Positions 9,901 through 18,551 of a DNA stretch of 64,000 bases are shown piece after piece; position 1 is the first letter of the stretch, and each line of letters begins with the position of its first letter. The DNA comes from an uncultured Microbacteriaceae bacterium (GTDB lineage Bacteria > Actinomycetota > Actinomycetes > Actinomycetales > Microbacteriaceae). The position numbers were made by a program, and so were the translations under genes. The stretch lies in the NCBI GenBank assembly GCA_947085045.1, contig CAMTUU010000003.1, positions 42,013-106,012 on the forward strand. Direction: 5' to 3'. The notes beneath the pieces were generated by a model. That model was not told the origin of the DNA. It saw nothing but the letters and a program-made list of their open reading frames with translations, and did no database searches.

Positions 9901-10839
9901 GACCGGGTGGAGCCACCGCACGCGGTCCCTATCTCCGGGGTTGGTGAAGACGACCCCACCTGCCGCGAAGGCCGCAGTGCCGCTACCAGTGCTGGTCGGG
10001 TAGCTGTCGAAGTTGTCGGGGTCGCGACGCGGGAAGATGCTCGTGTAGTTCGTCTCGTCGACCGCGATGGTCTCGGTCGCGACGCACGCCTGCAGCGGCG
10101 GGCTGTAGATCACCTGCAGCAGGTAGCTGCCGGGGATGCCGACGAGGTCGGTGAAGCTGAGCTGCACGTCCTTGGTCGAGTAGAAGACCTTGTTGTAGAC
10201 GGAACCGGAGCCGTACCAGCCCTGTCCGAGCAACGTCGGGTCGATGCCCTCGCTGAAGGTGACGGTGACGCGAACGCGACCGCCCTCCTTCGACTCGTAC
10301 TCCTGCACCGGGGTTCCGACGACGTACGGGGCGGTGACGTCGACCGTCGACGAGTGCACGCCCGTCGCGCCGTTGATATCCGTGTAGTTCACGGTGAAGG
10401 GGTCGCTGGTAAAGAACACCTTCCGCCACTTCAGGCCGGTGCCGTCGTTCACCCAGCCCTGCTGGGAGATCGAGACCACGGGGATGTCGAAGGTCAGCGT
10501 GACGGCGGTACGCAGCTGCCCGTTCCGGGGGTCGTAGACCTGCTCCTCGTCGATCACCGCGGCGGCCGCCGCAGCGAGGGACGTCACGCGGAGCGACGGG
10601 GCGTCCTCGACGATCTCCGCGGTGACGGCCTCGGGGATCTGCTCGAGGTCCTCCTCCTCGGGGACGTCGGGCTTCTCCTCCTCGATGGCCGGGGTCGTCG
10701 GCTCGACCGGGGTGACGATCGTCTCCTGCGAGTCGGGCTCGTCGGCGACGGCCGGGAGGCCGATCCCGACGGAGGTGCCGACGACGGCGACGACCATCGC
10801 GATTGCGGTCAGGATACGTGCACGGGGGAAGGTGCGCAT
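6940..10839 (-). CDS. Large cell-surface protein with Ig-like and FN3-like repeats and C-terminal TM anchor (1299 aa)
   Basis: Signal peptide MRTFPRARILTAIAMVVAVVGTSVGIGLPAVA and an acidic linker. Two SbsA-Ig-like modules. Four modules end W(Y/Q/W)WQVR(G/A)xDxxGNxxxWS. Two repeats of about 95 aa are bounded by D(T/R)xxPT(I/V)TID. Pro/Ser/Glu-rich stalk, then C-terminus QPTGFDAGLLWLLIAIFVALLVLVGVFLAWLRRRSQEA. Confidence 0.9.
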   Translation of the reverse strand: MRTFPRARILTAIAMVVAVVGTSVGIGLPAVADEPDSQETIVTPVEPTTPAIEEEKPDVPEEEDLEQIPEAVTAEIVEDAPSLRVTSLAAAAAAVIDEEQVYDPRNGQLRTAVTLTFDIPVVSISQQGWVNDGTGLKWRKVFFTSDPFTVNYTDINGATGVHSSTVDVTAPYVVGTPVQEYESKEGGRVRVTVTFSEGIDPTLLGQGWYGSGSVYNKVFYSTKDVQLSFTDLVGIPGSYLLQVIYSPPLQACVATETIAVDETNYTSIFPRRDPDNFDSYPTSTGSGTAAFAAGGVVFTNPGDRDRVRWLHPVNVGLAYLNAGALASTGGSLQATVDFDGNGTIDGGFYSDGVYEWTADGDVNGGTQAWLDARPAAAALRGGLNNKYAGTAQEWLTAFPKAKIREIGIGAGRFAPRTTTFSSATVACTTFTFAATPPVVLPVTAAPTDLAPVGLIAHDGDPATWEPALNAVKYQTRIAATEAALAGSTVYGDFDCNPLPGTTTCVLGGNPLPDGSWYWQVRGLDSSGAPGPWSEVAFVTVDTTAPAVPSPTFPAGFTLTADYFAWSAVTDDHGPVTYEVLLGSHPNTTNGRLNDGVVVALTDAKLTSQDFDFPTGPLQWQVRAIDSLGNASAWSTPTGAQVIGVPEIVFPTPALQFSSSTLTAQWTPSFGVGGVARYEIEYGLDRDHDGTLAYEYREAAGTNNWTGDLVTRTQSFTSGYEGPVTIRVRAIYNIPIGGSTVGPWSNTVSYLRDTAKPTITIDTPADGARLKGDAAIPVTITGADASGVSRLVANLYEADGSTFIRPIGSTAPNGAIGQSATRTWNIPAGLAEGAYVIRASATDAAGKTTATSISIVIDRTRPTVTIDVPAPGTAFNTDVTVTVTGLDPDGIASLGANLYNAANASPTLRPIGTATATPGATTMSATWTIPISWFTADGTYTVRAGGFDLAGNNRTVTAQFVVDRTGPAAPQPFHPENGRMQANATPLLDWQPVTDALTNPVSYEVRTSRGPSRTPVDPADGLTDNQLNGVVSTYTGVTDTEYQLGTEADGRLWWQVRALDALGNVGPWSSIWATGIDTSAPNVTLLSPADGATLLTRDFSLTWSASESGTGMRYDIQSSSSPATDPSTNELLALIDTVTQTDSTLALVGVPDDVYYWQVRATDAAGNVGPWAVPFTVTVAADADLPTGSPEEESPEGEAPAGSAPSGSAPAGPAARGATTTTGGAQLTTFALDDESPASTSDDTPTPSTDDAKAVPETVAATQPTGFDAGLLWLLIAIFVALLVLVGVFLAWLRRRSQEA

Positions 10840-10877
10840 GGGGGTTCCTCGGGTGTGGGACGGCCCTGCTCGGTCAC

Positions 10878-10936
10878 GGGGGTGCGGAGCGACGGGAGTT
10901 CTGATCCTGCGGGGGTGCGGGTGCTGCGGAGCGACG
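10878..10936 (-). promoter_or_regulatory. Direct repeats upstream of the large surface-protein gene
   Basis: TGCGGAGCGACG at 10883-10894 and 10925-10936 (42-nt period). GGGGGTGCGG at 10878-10887 and 10911-10920. They lie 39-97 nt upstream of the start at 10839. Confidence 0.35.
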
Positions 10937-11030
10937 AGCCGCGAAGGGGGTTCGAGTGAGGCTTCGTCGCGTTCGTCAGGTTAGCGGTCCCCAAGATGGG
11001 GACAAGGCCGATTCGTGGCACCCGTGTAGT

Positions 11031-11057
11031 CGGCTGCCCCCACTTCGGGGGCGACCG
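11031..11057 (-). terminator. Hairpin immediately downstream of lysS
   Basis: GCCCCC-ACTTC-GGGGGC core with extended imperfect stem, 4 nt after the lysS stop. Same loop and core as the hairpin at 6887..6917. Confidence 0.45.
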
Positions 11058-11060
11058 GAA

Positions 11061-12572
11061 CTACTTGACGAGCGGGAACAGGATCGTCTCGCGGATGCCG
11101 AGGCCGGTGATCGCCATGAGCAGCCGGTCGATGCCCATCCCCATGCCGCCCATGGGCGGCATCCCGTGCTCCATCGCGCGCAGGAACTCCTCGTCGAGCC
11201 GCATCGCCTCGACGTCACCGCGGGCTCCCTGTTTCGCCTGCTCGACGAAACGCTCGCGCTGGATGACCGGGTCGACGAGTTCCGAGTAGCCGGTCGCGAG
11301 CTCGAACCCGCGCACGTAGAGGTCCCACTTCTCGACGACGCCGGCGATCGACCGGTGGTCGCGCACGAGCGGCGAGGTGTCGACGGGGAAGTCCATGACG
11401 AACGTCGGCGCGGTCAGCCCGGGCTTCACGAAGTGCTCCCACAGCTCTTCGACGAGCTTGCCGTGGGTGGAGAGCTTCACCTCGACGCCGACGGATGCCG
11501 CCAGCTTCTCGAGTTCGGGCACCGTCGACTGCGGCGTCACCTCGACGCCCGCGGCCTCCGAGAGCGACGCGTACATCGGCAGCCGCGCCCACTCGCCGCC
11601 CAGATCGAACTCGGTGCCGTCGGCCCAGGTGACGACGTGCGAGCCCGACACGGCCATCGCGGCGTTCTGCACGAGCTCCTGGGTGAGGTCCGCGATCGAG
11701 TGGTAGTCGCCGTAGGACTGGTACGCCTCGAGCATCGCGAACTCGGGGCTGTGGGTGGAGTCGGCGCCCTCGTTGCGGAAGTTGCGGTTGATCTCGAACA
11801 CCCGCTCGAGACCGCCGACGACGGCGCGCTTGAGGAACAACTCCGGCGCGATGCGCAGGAACAGCTCGGTGTCGAACGCGTTGCTGTGCGTGGCGAACGG
11901 GCGGGCCGAGGCACCGCCGTGGATCGTCTGCAGCATCGGCGTCTCGACCTCGAGGAACGCGTGCGCCGCGAAGGTCGACCGCAGGCTGCTGACGGTCGTC
12001 GCTCGCGCGATCACCGTCGCTCGTGCCTGCTCGCGCGTGATCAGGTCGAGGTAACGCTGGCGCACGCGGGTCTCGTCGGAGAGCTCCGAGTGCAGGTTGG
12101 GCAGCGGCAGCAACGCCTTCGAGGCGATCTTCCAGTCAGCGACGAGGATGCTGAGCTCCCCCCGCCGCGACGAGATGACCTCGCCGGAGACGAACACGAA
12201 GTCGCCGAGGTCGACGAGCTCCTTCCAGCGCTCGAGCGACTCCTCACCCACCTGGTCGAGCGAGAGCATCGCCTGGATGCGCGACCCGTCGCCCGCCTGC
12301 AGCGACGCGAAGCAGAGCTTCCCGGTGTTCCGCGAGAACACCACGCGACCGGCCAGGCCCACGATCTCACCCGTGGTCGCATCCGCCGAAAGGTCCGGGA
12401 ACTTGGCCCGCACCTCCGCGATCGTGGCGGTGATCGGCACGGAAACCGGATACGGTCCCTCGCCGGCCGTGTCGGCATCCTGAATCAAACGGGCGCGCTT
12501 CTCGAGCCGCACGGCCTTCTGCTCGGCGATGTCCTCGATCTCAGGCGTCTCGTCAGTCACAGCAAAGCTCAA
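11061..12572 (-). CDS. lysS: Lysine--tRNA ligase (class II)
   Basis: 503 aa with OB-fold N-terminus and class II motifs (..[20 protein letters not shown].., ..[11 protein letters not shown]..). The TTG/GTG start overlaps the panC stop. Confidence 0.95.
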   Translation of the reverse strand: MSFAVTDETPEIEDIAEQKAVRLEKRARLIQDADTAGEGPYPVSVPITATIAEVRAKFPDLSADATTGEIVGLAGRVVFSRNTGKLCFASLQAGDGSRIQAMLSLDQVGEESLERWKELVDLGDFVFVSGEVISSRRGELSILVADWKIASKALLPLPNLHSELSDETRVRQRYLDLITREQARATVIARATTVSSLRSTFAAHAFLEVETPMLQTIHGGASARPFATHSNAFDTELFLRIAPELFLKRAVVGGLERVFEINRNFRNEGADSTHSPEFAMLEAYQSYGDYHSIADLTQELVQNAAMAVSGSHVVTWADGTEFDLGGEWARLPMYASLSEAAGVEVTPQSTVPELEKLAASVGVEVKLSTHGKLVEELWEHFVKPGLTAPTFVMDFPVDTSPLVRDHRSIAGVVEKWDLYVRGFELATGYSELVDPVIQRERFVEQAKQGARGDVEAMRLDEEFLRAMEHGMPPMGGMGMGIDRLLMAITGLGIRETILFPLVK

Positions 12573-13423
12573 TTCAGGTAGAGGGCGTCGTTGTCGATGA
12601 GCCGGGCCGGTCCGACCTGGGCGGCGATCAGCATGCGCGCCGGCCCCTTGTAGCCGTCGTCGACGGGGAGGAAGGTCTTCGGATCGACGACCTTGAGGTA
12701 GTCGAGCGTCACCAGTTTCTCATCCATCAGCACCGACTGCGCGGCGGCGAGCACGCTGTCGATTCCCCGGTCGCCGGCCGATTGCGCGGCTTCGAGCGCC
12801 CGGCTGAGGGTGCGCGCGGCGCGGCGCTCGTGCGGTCCGAGGTAGCGGTTGCGGCTCGACAGCGCAAGGCCGTCGTCGTCGCGCACCGTCTCGATGACCT
12901 CGACCGCGACCGGGATGTTGAGGTCCCTGACCATCCGCTTCACGAGGAAGAGCTGCTGGGCGTCCTTCTGGCCGAAGGTCACCAACTCGGGCTGCACGAT
13001 CTGCAGGAGCTTCGCGACGACGGTCAGCACGCCATCGAAATGCCCGGGACGCGAACGACCCTCGAACAGCGTCGCGACCTGGCCGCCGGTGACCTTCACC
13101 TGGGTGCCGCCGTCGGGGTACATCTGCTCCACCGCTGGCGCGAACACGAACTCGACGCCGTACTCCTCGAGCTGCGCGAGGTCGCCGTCGAGGTCGCGCG
13201 GGTATTTCGCCAGATCATCGGTGGCGCCGAATTGGAGCGGGTTCACGAAGATCGAGACGACGACGACATCCGCCAGTTCGCGGGCCCGCTTCACGTGTGC
13301 GAGGTGACCCTCGTGGAGGGCGCCGAGGGTGGGGACGAGCGCGATGCTCCGGCCGGCCGCACGCAGCGACGCCAGCTCGGAGCGGATTCCGACGATCGTC
13401 TCGACGACGAGCGGTGCAGACAC
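12569..13423 (-). CDS. panC: Pantoate--beta-alanine ligase
   Basis: ..[32 protein letters not shown].. Start placed at the GTG at 13423 ([12 protein letters not shown]..) rather than the 39-codon longer track ORF. Confidence 0.9.
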   Translation of the reverse strand: MSAPLVVETIVGIRSELASLRAAGRSIALVPTLGALHEGHLAHVKRARELADVVVVSIFVNPLQFGATDDLAKYPRDLDGDLAQLEEYGVEFVFAPAVEQMYPDGGTQVKVTGGQVATLFEGRSRPGHFDGVLTVVAKLLQIVQPELVTFGQKDAQQLFLVKRMVRDLNIPVAVEVIETVRDDDGLALSSRNRYLGPHERRAARTLSRALEAAQSAGDRGIDSVLAAAQSVLMDEKLVTLDYLKVVDPKTFLPVDDGYKGPARMLIAAQVGPARLIDNDALYLN

Positions 13424-13503
13424 GGTGACCTCTCCGGCGGATTCCTCGCCGAGGGCGCCGAGTCGATCGTAGCCGCCACTTCCTTCATAGACTGGTCGCG
13501 AAG

Positions 13504-14727
13504 ATGACGACGATTCAGAACGCACCGTGGCGCCGAGCACCGTTCCTGCTGCTCTTCGCGAGTCTCGCGATCGGGGTGCTGCTCCACGGGTTCTTCGGCT
13601 TCGCGATCCGCACCGGCGAGCAGCGGGTTCTCGCGGTGCTCCTCTGCACGCTCGTCGCGGGTGCCGGGCTCACGCTCGGCCTGCATCTCGCCTATCGGCC
13701 GTTCGCGTTCGACGCGGTGTCGCGCACCGTGCGCATCGGTCGCCGCACGGTGCCGCTCGACACGATGCGCGAGGCGTGGCGCAGTTTCCAGTCGGGCCGC
13801 AACGGGGCCGCGTATCTGATCTACGGGTTCCGCTCGACGGACGGCCCGACCGTGCGGGTGATGGTGGCCGGCCGGCCGCTCCGTGGGTTGAACGAGGCGG
13901 AACGCGCGGCCCTCGCCGAGTTCCTGCGGCTCGCACCGATCCCGGGTCCGGCCGATTCCGACGACGCGCTGCACGGGTCGCTGGCCTCCGACATCCTCGC
14001 CGACGGCACGAAGGTGCCGGTGAGCGCGGCCCTGCTGCTGCGTGAGCTCGGGGCCGCCGGGGACTCCGCCGCGGGTGCTGCCGTGGCCGAGCAACCCGAG
14101 GCGGCCGCGGTCGAGGTGGATACCGCCGGGATGCTGGCCGACGACGTCGCAGTGGTGACCGCCGTGCGCGCGGACGGCCACCGCATCCGGGTGGCCCGGC
14201 TGTGGGCGGCACGCGCGTTCGGGGTCTCGACGATGCTGTTCCCGGTGCTCGTCGGCGTTGCCGTGCTCGCGCCCGCGGTCGGCTGGCGCCTCGACGAGGG
14301 GCTGTTCCTGCCCGCGCTCGGCCTCGCGGCGGCGCTCCTGACGGTGGCCGGGCTCGGCTGGAGCCTGCTCGGCGATCTCGACACCCGCACGGTGCGGCGG
14401 GCCTCGCTCGCCTGGCTCGACGCCGCTTCCCCCGCGATGCGCGCCCGCGGCCTCCCCGTCGCCTTCCACCCCGCCTGGCTGCAGTTCGCCCCGGGCCATC
14501 GGATGCTGACGATCCTCGCCTTCGCGGGCGGGGTGCTCGGAATGCTGCTCGTGCTCGCCGGCATGGTCACCCTCACGACCGAGTACCCGCTCGTCGTGCT
14601 GATCGCGCTGCCGGGCATCCTGTTCGGCGCGCTCGCGATCAGGTTCTGGATCCGGCACCGCCGCCGTCGCCGGGCTGACGTGCTCTGGCTCATCGAGGCA
14701 GCAGGCCCGCGAGCGGGTCGTCCCTGA
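13504..14727 (+). CDS. Hypothetical polytopic membrane protein (407 aa)
   Basis: High GC3 and balanced second positions in this frame. Two N-terminal TM helices, a soluble segment of about 170 aa, four or more C-terminal TM helices, and an RHRRRRR tail. It is the only plus-strand gene inside the conserved minus-strand block. Confidence 0.65.
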   Translation: MTTIQNAPWRRAPFLLLFASLAIGVLLHGFFGFAIRTGEQRVLAVLLCTLVAGAGLTLGLHLAYRPFAFDAVSRTVRIGRRTVPLDTMREAWRSFQSGRNGAAYLIYGFRSTDGPTVRVMVAGRPLRGLNEAERAALAEFLRLAPIPGPADSDDALHGSLASDILADGTKVPVSAALLLRELGAAGDSAAGAAVAEQPEAAAVEVDTAGMLADDVAVVTAVRADGHRIRVARLWAARAFGVSTMLFPVLVGVAVLAPAVGWRLDEGLFLPALGLAAALLTVAGLGWSLLGDLDTRTVRRASLAWLDAASPAMRARGLPVAFHPAWLQFAPGHRMLTILAFAGGVLGMLLVLAGMVTLTTEYPLVVLIALPGILFGALAIRFWIRHRRRRRADVLWLIEAAGPRAGRP

Positions 14728-14736
14728 CCTGACGCG

Positions 14737-15513
14737 TCAGTCGAACGGTCGCGCCCCGGCCGCGAGGGCATCGTCGGCTGCCGACCGCAGCACCTGCCCG
14801 AGCACCAGCCCGGGACGCTCGACGCCGATCGCCGCGAGGCGGCTCATCGCGTCGGCAACGACGCCCGAGGCGAGACCGCGCACCGCGGATACCGCGTCCG
14901 CGTAGGCCGCCCGGTCTCGCTCGGCGATGACCACCGGCTCGGCCCCCATCTCGACGACGAGCGCTTGGGCGATCGGCAGCACGGGGGCCGCGGAGGTGAC
15001 CGCGAACCACGACTCGCGCAACCTCACGAGGTCGAGGCTCGTGCCCGTGAAGGACATCGCCGGATGGATGGCGAGCGGGATGCCGCCGGCCGCGGCCGCC
15101 GGGGCCAGCACGCCGACCCCGAATTCCGCCGCCGTGTGCACCACGAGCTGTCCGGGCTGCCAGGCACCCGTCGCGGCGAGTCCTCGCACGAGGGCCTCGA
15201 GTTCGCCGGGCGGGACGGCGAGCAGCACGAGCTCGGCCCGTTCGACGACCTCGGGCACGGTGAGCACCGGCACCCCGGGCAACAGCACGTCGGCGCGCTC
15301 GCGGCCCGCCGCCGACACCGTGCTGATGCCGACGATCGCGTGACCGGCGCCGCCGAGCGCCGCACCGAGCACGGCTCCGACCCGGCCCGCGCCGACGATC
15401 CCGACCCCGAGCCGACCTCGCGCTGGAGCATGGGAGCGACGGCCCTTGCTGGCTGTCGCCGCGACGCCAGCGCCGAGGGCCGTCTCGGCCCTCGGTTCTT
15501 CCCGCGGCGTCAT
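14737..15513 (-). CDS. Rossmann-like and DUF2520 domain protein
   Basis: 258 aa from the ATG at 15513 (ATGA overlap with the upstream gene). GIVGAGRVG dinucleotide-binding motif. Occupies the position of Rv3603c-type genes next to panC. Confidence 0.8.
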   Translation of the reverse strand: MTPREEPRAETALGAGVAATASKGRRSHAPARGRLGVGIVGAGRVGAVLGAALGGAGHAIVGISTVSAAGRERADVLLPGVPVLTVPEVVERAELVLLAVPPGELEALVRGLAATGAWQPGQLVVHTAAEFGVGVLAPAAAAGGIPLAIHPAMSFTGTSLDLVRLRESWFAVTSAAPVLPIAQALVVEMGAEPVVIAERDRAAYADAVSAVRGLASGVVADAMSRLAAIGVERPGLVLGQVLRSAADDALAAGARPFD

Positions 15514-17081
15514 GCCTCGCTCGCGCGCCAGCGGTGCGTGGTGTCGGTTCCCGCCGCGGCGACGGCGGCCTCGGCGACATCCCGGAACAGCGCCTGCGCG
15601 TCGACGACATCCAGGGCCCCGATGCGCGGCGAGATCGGACCGGCGACCGTGTGGACGTGCACGTTCGCGAGCCGCAGCGAGCGGGCGAGCGGACCCTGCT
15701 CGACCGCGACGCTCTGCACGCGCGGCGTCGGCACGATCGCCAGCTCGCGCCAGATCGCTCCCCGGCGCAGCAGCACGGCACCCGGGAACAGCGCGAAGCC
15801 GTTGCGGCGCCAGGAGAACCAGCGCACCACGGCCGCTCGGCGCGGCGAGACGGTGAAGTCGGCGTCGGCGTCCCGCCCGGCGAGGCCGCGTTCGAAGAGG
15901 TCGCGGGCCCCGCCCTCGGTGAGCCCCGGCAGCAGCAGCTCGAGCACTCGGAACACATCGTCGCGCGACCCGACCGGCAGCACGACAGTGCTCTGCTGGG
16001 CGTTCTGCCCCTCGGAGGAGGTCTGACGCGTCGCGCGGTTGATGCGGATGGTCCACCAGTCGGCGGGTCGCCAGAAGATGCTCTGGCTCACGGCGACCGA
16101 GTGGATGCGACCCGGCGGCACCGTCTCGTTGCGCGTCGAGAGCAGGCCGTAGCCGATGCGCACCCCGTCGGGCGTCGCCGCGATCGAGTAGCGCAAGAAC
16201 TTGAGCAGCCGGTTCACCTGGTACGAGAGCAGACCGAAGGCGATCGGCACGAAGGTGAAGAGCGTCCAGACCAGCTCGCGACCCCCGCTCGCGGTGATCA
16301 CCAGCCCGACGACGACCGCCGCGACGACGACGAGCAACGCGACCGTCGTGCCGCTCAGCACCGTCGACCCGACGAGTCGGCCGGGATGCATCCGCACCAC
16401 CGATTCCGGGGGTGCCAGGTTCGGGTCGAGCTCGGGGGCGAGCAGCTCGCTCGCCCGGCGCCCGAGCAGCGATCCCGCGGCGGGAGCGGGGGATCCGGAG
16501 GTGGACGCCGCGCGCGATCCCGACGCGAGGCGCAGGATGTCGGCGCGCAGCGCGTCGGCGAGCGTGTTGCCGAGGTACGCGAGCGGCACGTTGGCGTCCT
16601 GCCCGGCGACCTCGACATCCAGCTTCGCCGTGCCGAAGAGCCGCGCGAACAGCGGTCGGGCCACCGCGACCCCCTGGATGCGGTCGAGCCGGGCCTTGCG
16701 GTGGGTGCGGAAGAGCACGCCGCTCTTCACTTCGACGACCTCGTCGGTGATGCGGAAGGTGTTCATCCGCCAGGAGACGTAGAACAAGGCGATGCACAGC
16801 AGCAGGATGCCGAGCACCGCGAGCGCCGCGATCAGCGCGTAGCCGTTCTCGACGATGTACGCGAAGGGATCGCCCTGGCTGCAGGCTCGCCCCTGCGGCG
16901 GGCAGACCCCCGGGAGGAACCACTCGACGAGCCGCTCGCGCAGGTTCGCGATGATGATGCCGACGATCGCGACGAAGCCCAGACCACCGCGTAGCAGCGG
17001 GGTCGCCGGATGCAGGCGATGCCACTCTCCGTCGGCCAGCCCCGTGCGGGCGGCGGGCCCCGACTCGTCCGCGGTGGTCAC
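15510..17081 (-). CDS. PH (bPH_2) domain membrane protein, YdbT-like
   Basis: 523 aa from the GTG at 17081 (GTGA overlap). Repeated TM-pair plus ..RITDEVVEVKSGVLFRTHRKARLDRIQGV.. type modules. Confidence 0.8.
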   Translation of the reverse strand: MTTADESGPAARTGLADGEWHRLHPATPLLRGGLGFVAIVGIIIANLRERLVEWFLPGVCPPQGRACSQGDPFAYIVENGYALIAALAVLGILLLCIALFYVSWRMNTFRITDEVVEVKSGVLFRTHRKARLDRIQGVAVARPLFARLFGTAKLDVEVAGQDANVPLAYLGNTLADALRADILRLASGSRAASTSGSPAPAAGSLLGRRASELLAPELDPNLAPPESVVRMHPGRLVGSTVLSGTTVALLVVVAAVVVGLVITASGGRELVWTLFTFVPIAFGLLSYQVNRLLKFLRYSIAATPDGVRIGYGLLSTRNETVPPGRIHSVAVSQSIFWRPADWWTIRINRATRQTSSEGQNAQQSTVVLPVGSRDDVFRVLELLLPGLTEGGARDLFERGLAGRDADADFTVSPRRAAVVRWFSWRRNGFALFPGAVLLRRGAIWRELAIVPTPRVQSVAVEQGPLARSLRLANVHVHTVAGPISPRIGALDVVDAQALFRDVAEAAVAAAGTDTTHRWRASEA

Positions 17082-17578
17082 AGTCCCGCCCGGCGGCTCT
17101 CCGCGAGTTCCACGAGCCGGTCGCGCAACGCCTCGGCGTCGGCTTCGGCCAGCCCGGGGATGGTGATGTGGCTCGCCGCGGCGGCGGTGACGAGCTTGAG
17201 TTCCGAGAGCCCGAACGCCCGTGCGAGCGGTCCACGGGTGAGGTCGACGAGCTGCATGCGCCCGTACGGCACCGAGACGACCCGCAGGAACATGATGCCC
17301 TTGCGGAACACGAGGTCGTCGGCGCGCAGCCGGTACCCGTAGGCGCGCACCCGGCGCGGGGTGAACGCCGCGACGAGGGCGTGGACGACGAACGCCGCGA
17401 TCGGCAGCACGACCAGCCACGGCACGCCGGAGAGGATCCACGGCACGCCGGCGCCGACGATGAACAGCACCGCCGAGACGAGGGTGCTGAGCAGGTCGAC
17501 GACGACGAACTTCGGCGACACCCGCCGCCACTCGCCCCCGCCGTTCTCGGACAGGGAATCGGGATCGAGGGCGCTCAC
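17078..17578 (-). CDS. PH (bPH_2) domain membrane protein, YdbS-like
   Basis: 166 aa from the GTG at 17578 (GTGA overlap). Two TM helices, then YRLRADDLVFRKGIMFLRVVSVPYGRMQLVDLTRGPLARAFGLSEL. Confidence 0.8.
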   Translation of the reverse strand: MSALDPDSLSENGGGEWRRVSPKFVVVDLLSTLVSAVLFIVGAGVPWILSGVPWLVVLPIAAFVVHALVAAFTPRRVRAYGYRLRADDLVFRKGIMFLRVVSVPYGRMQLVDLTRGPLARAFGLSELKLVTAAAASHITIPGLAEADAEALRDRLVELAESRRAGL

Positions 17579-18054
17579 ATCCCCACGGTACCCGCCGGGT
17601 CCGGCTCGCGGTCGTCGTCGCTCGGCGGCACCGTGCACAGCCACTCGCCGACGAGACCCGCGACCAGCAGCACGACGGCGCCGACGAGCACCGCGAGGGT
17701 GCGCAGCAGGCTGTCGGTGTTGACGCCGCCGCTGCGCACGAGCACCTCGGCGAGCAGGCCCGCCGCGGCCCCGGTGAGCAGGGCGCCCGCGATGCTCGAC
17801 GCCTTCGCGAACAGCACCACCCGCGTCGCGTGGAACGGGTCGATACGGGTGCGCACCGTCGCACGGGTCGCGCGCCGGATCGGCACGGCGAGCGCGATCA
17901 CGATGCCGGCGAGGAAGATCAGGCTGAGCGCGAGGGCGTACTCGGGCCGGTAGCGCTGAAGACCCCCGGATGCGAGCGCGACCTGCACGAGGAATCCCGC
18001 ACCCGCGGCGATGGCCGCCAGGATCACGAGGGTCGAGGCCTTGGTCCTGGTCAT
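17575..18054 (-). CDS. DUF3180 family membrane protein
   Basis: 159 aa from the ATG at 18054 (ATGA overlap with folK). Four TM helices. Conserved position directly after folK. Confidence 0.8.
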   Translation of the reverse strand: MTRTKASTLVILAAIAAGAGFLVQVALASGGLQRYRPEYALALSLIFLAGIVIALAVPIRRATRATVRTRIDPFHATRVVLFAKASSIAGALLTGAAAGLLAEVLVRSGGVNTDSLLRTLAVLVGAVVLLVAGLVGEWLCTVPPSDDDREPDPAGTVGM

Positions 18055-18551
18055 CGCCCGGCGTCCAGCGCCGCGAGCAGGTCGGCGACCCTCCCGTGTC
18101 CGGGCAGCACGGCCTCCGGAGCCACCTCCACCCAGGGGCGCAGCACGAAGGTGCGCTCGTGCGCGCGGGGATGCGGCAGCGTCAGCTCCGCGCTCGACGA
18201 CGTCTGCCCGGCGTAGTCGATGATGTCGAGATCGAGGGTGCGGTCGCCCCAGCGTTCGCCGCGCACGCGCCCGTGCGCGCGTTCGAGGTCGTTGAGCAGT
18301 TCGAGCAGCTTGCGCGGCGCGAGGGTGGTACGCACCAGCACGACCGCGTTGAGGTAGGCGGGGGCATCCGGATCCTCGCCGTCGGGTCGCACGGCGACGG
18401 TCTCGATCGGGGTGGAGATCGCGGTCACCTCGACGCCGTCCGCCTCCGCGAGCGCCCGCACCGCCGCCTGGAAGGTCGCGACGCGATCGCCGAGGTTGCT
18501 GCCGACGGCGATCACGGCATCCGCTTCGATGCGGCGCAGCATCACGTTCAC
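18051..18551 (-). CDS. folK: 2-amino-4-hydroxy-6-hydroxymethyldihydropteridine diphosphokinase
   Basis: AVIAVGSNLGDR..., ..WGDRTLDLDII.., ..LTLPHPRAHERTFVLRPW. Confidence 0.93.
   Translation of the reverse strand: MNVMLRRIEADAVIAVGSNLGDRVATFQAAVRALAEADGVEVTAISTPIETVAVRPDGEDPDAPAYLNAVVLVRTTLAPRKLLELLNDLERAHGRVRGERWGDRTLDLDIIDYAGQTSSSAELTLPHPRAHERTFVLRPWVEVAPEAVLPGHGRVADLLAALDAGR

Noticed and set aside
12569-13540. N-terminally extended versions of several track ORFs: panC to 13540, recQ to 37977, ftsH to 22320, the M23 genes to 27898/29454, LacI to 63470, MocR to 52304, and the DUF3180/PH/DUF2520 frames.
   Set aside because: The extensions are low-complexity or overlap neighbouring genes. 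Internal ATG/GTG starts restore family-typical N-termini, signal peptides or the 4-nt overlap pattern.
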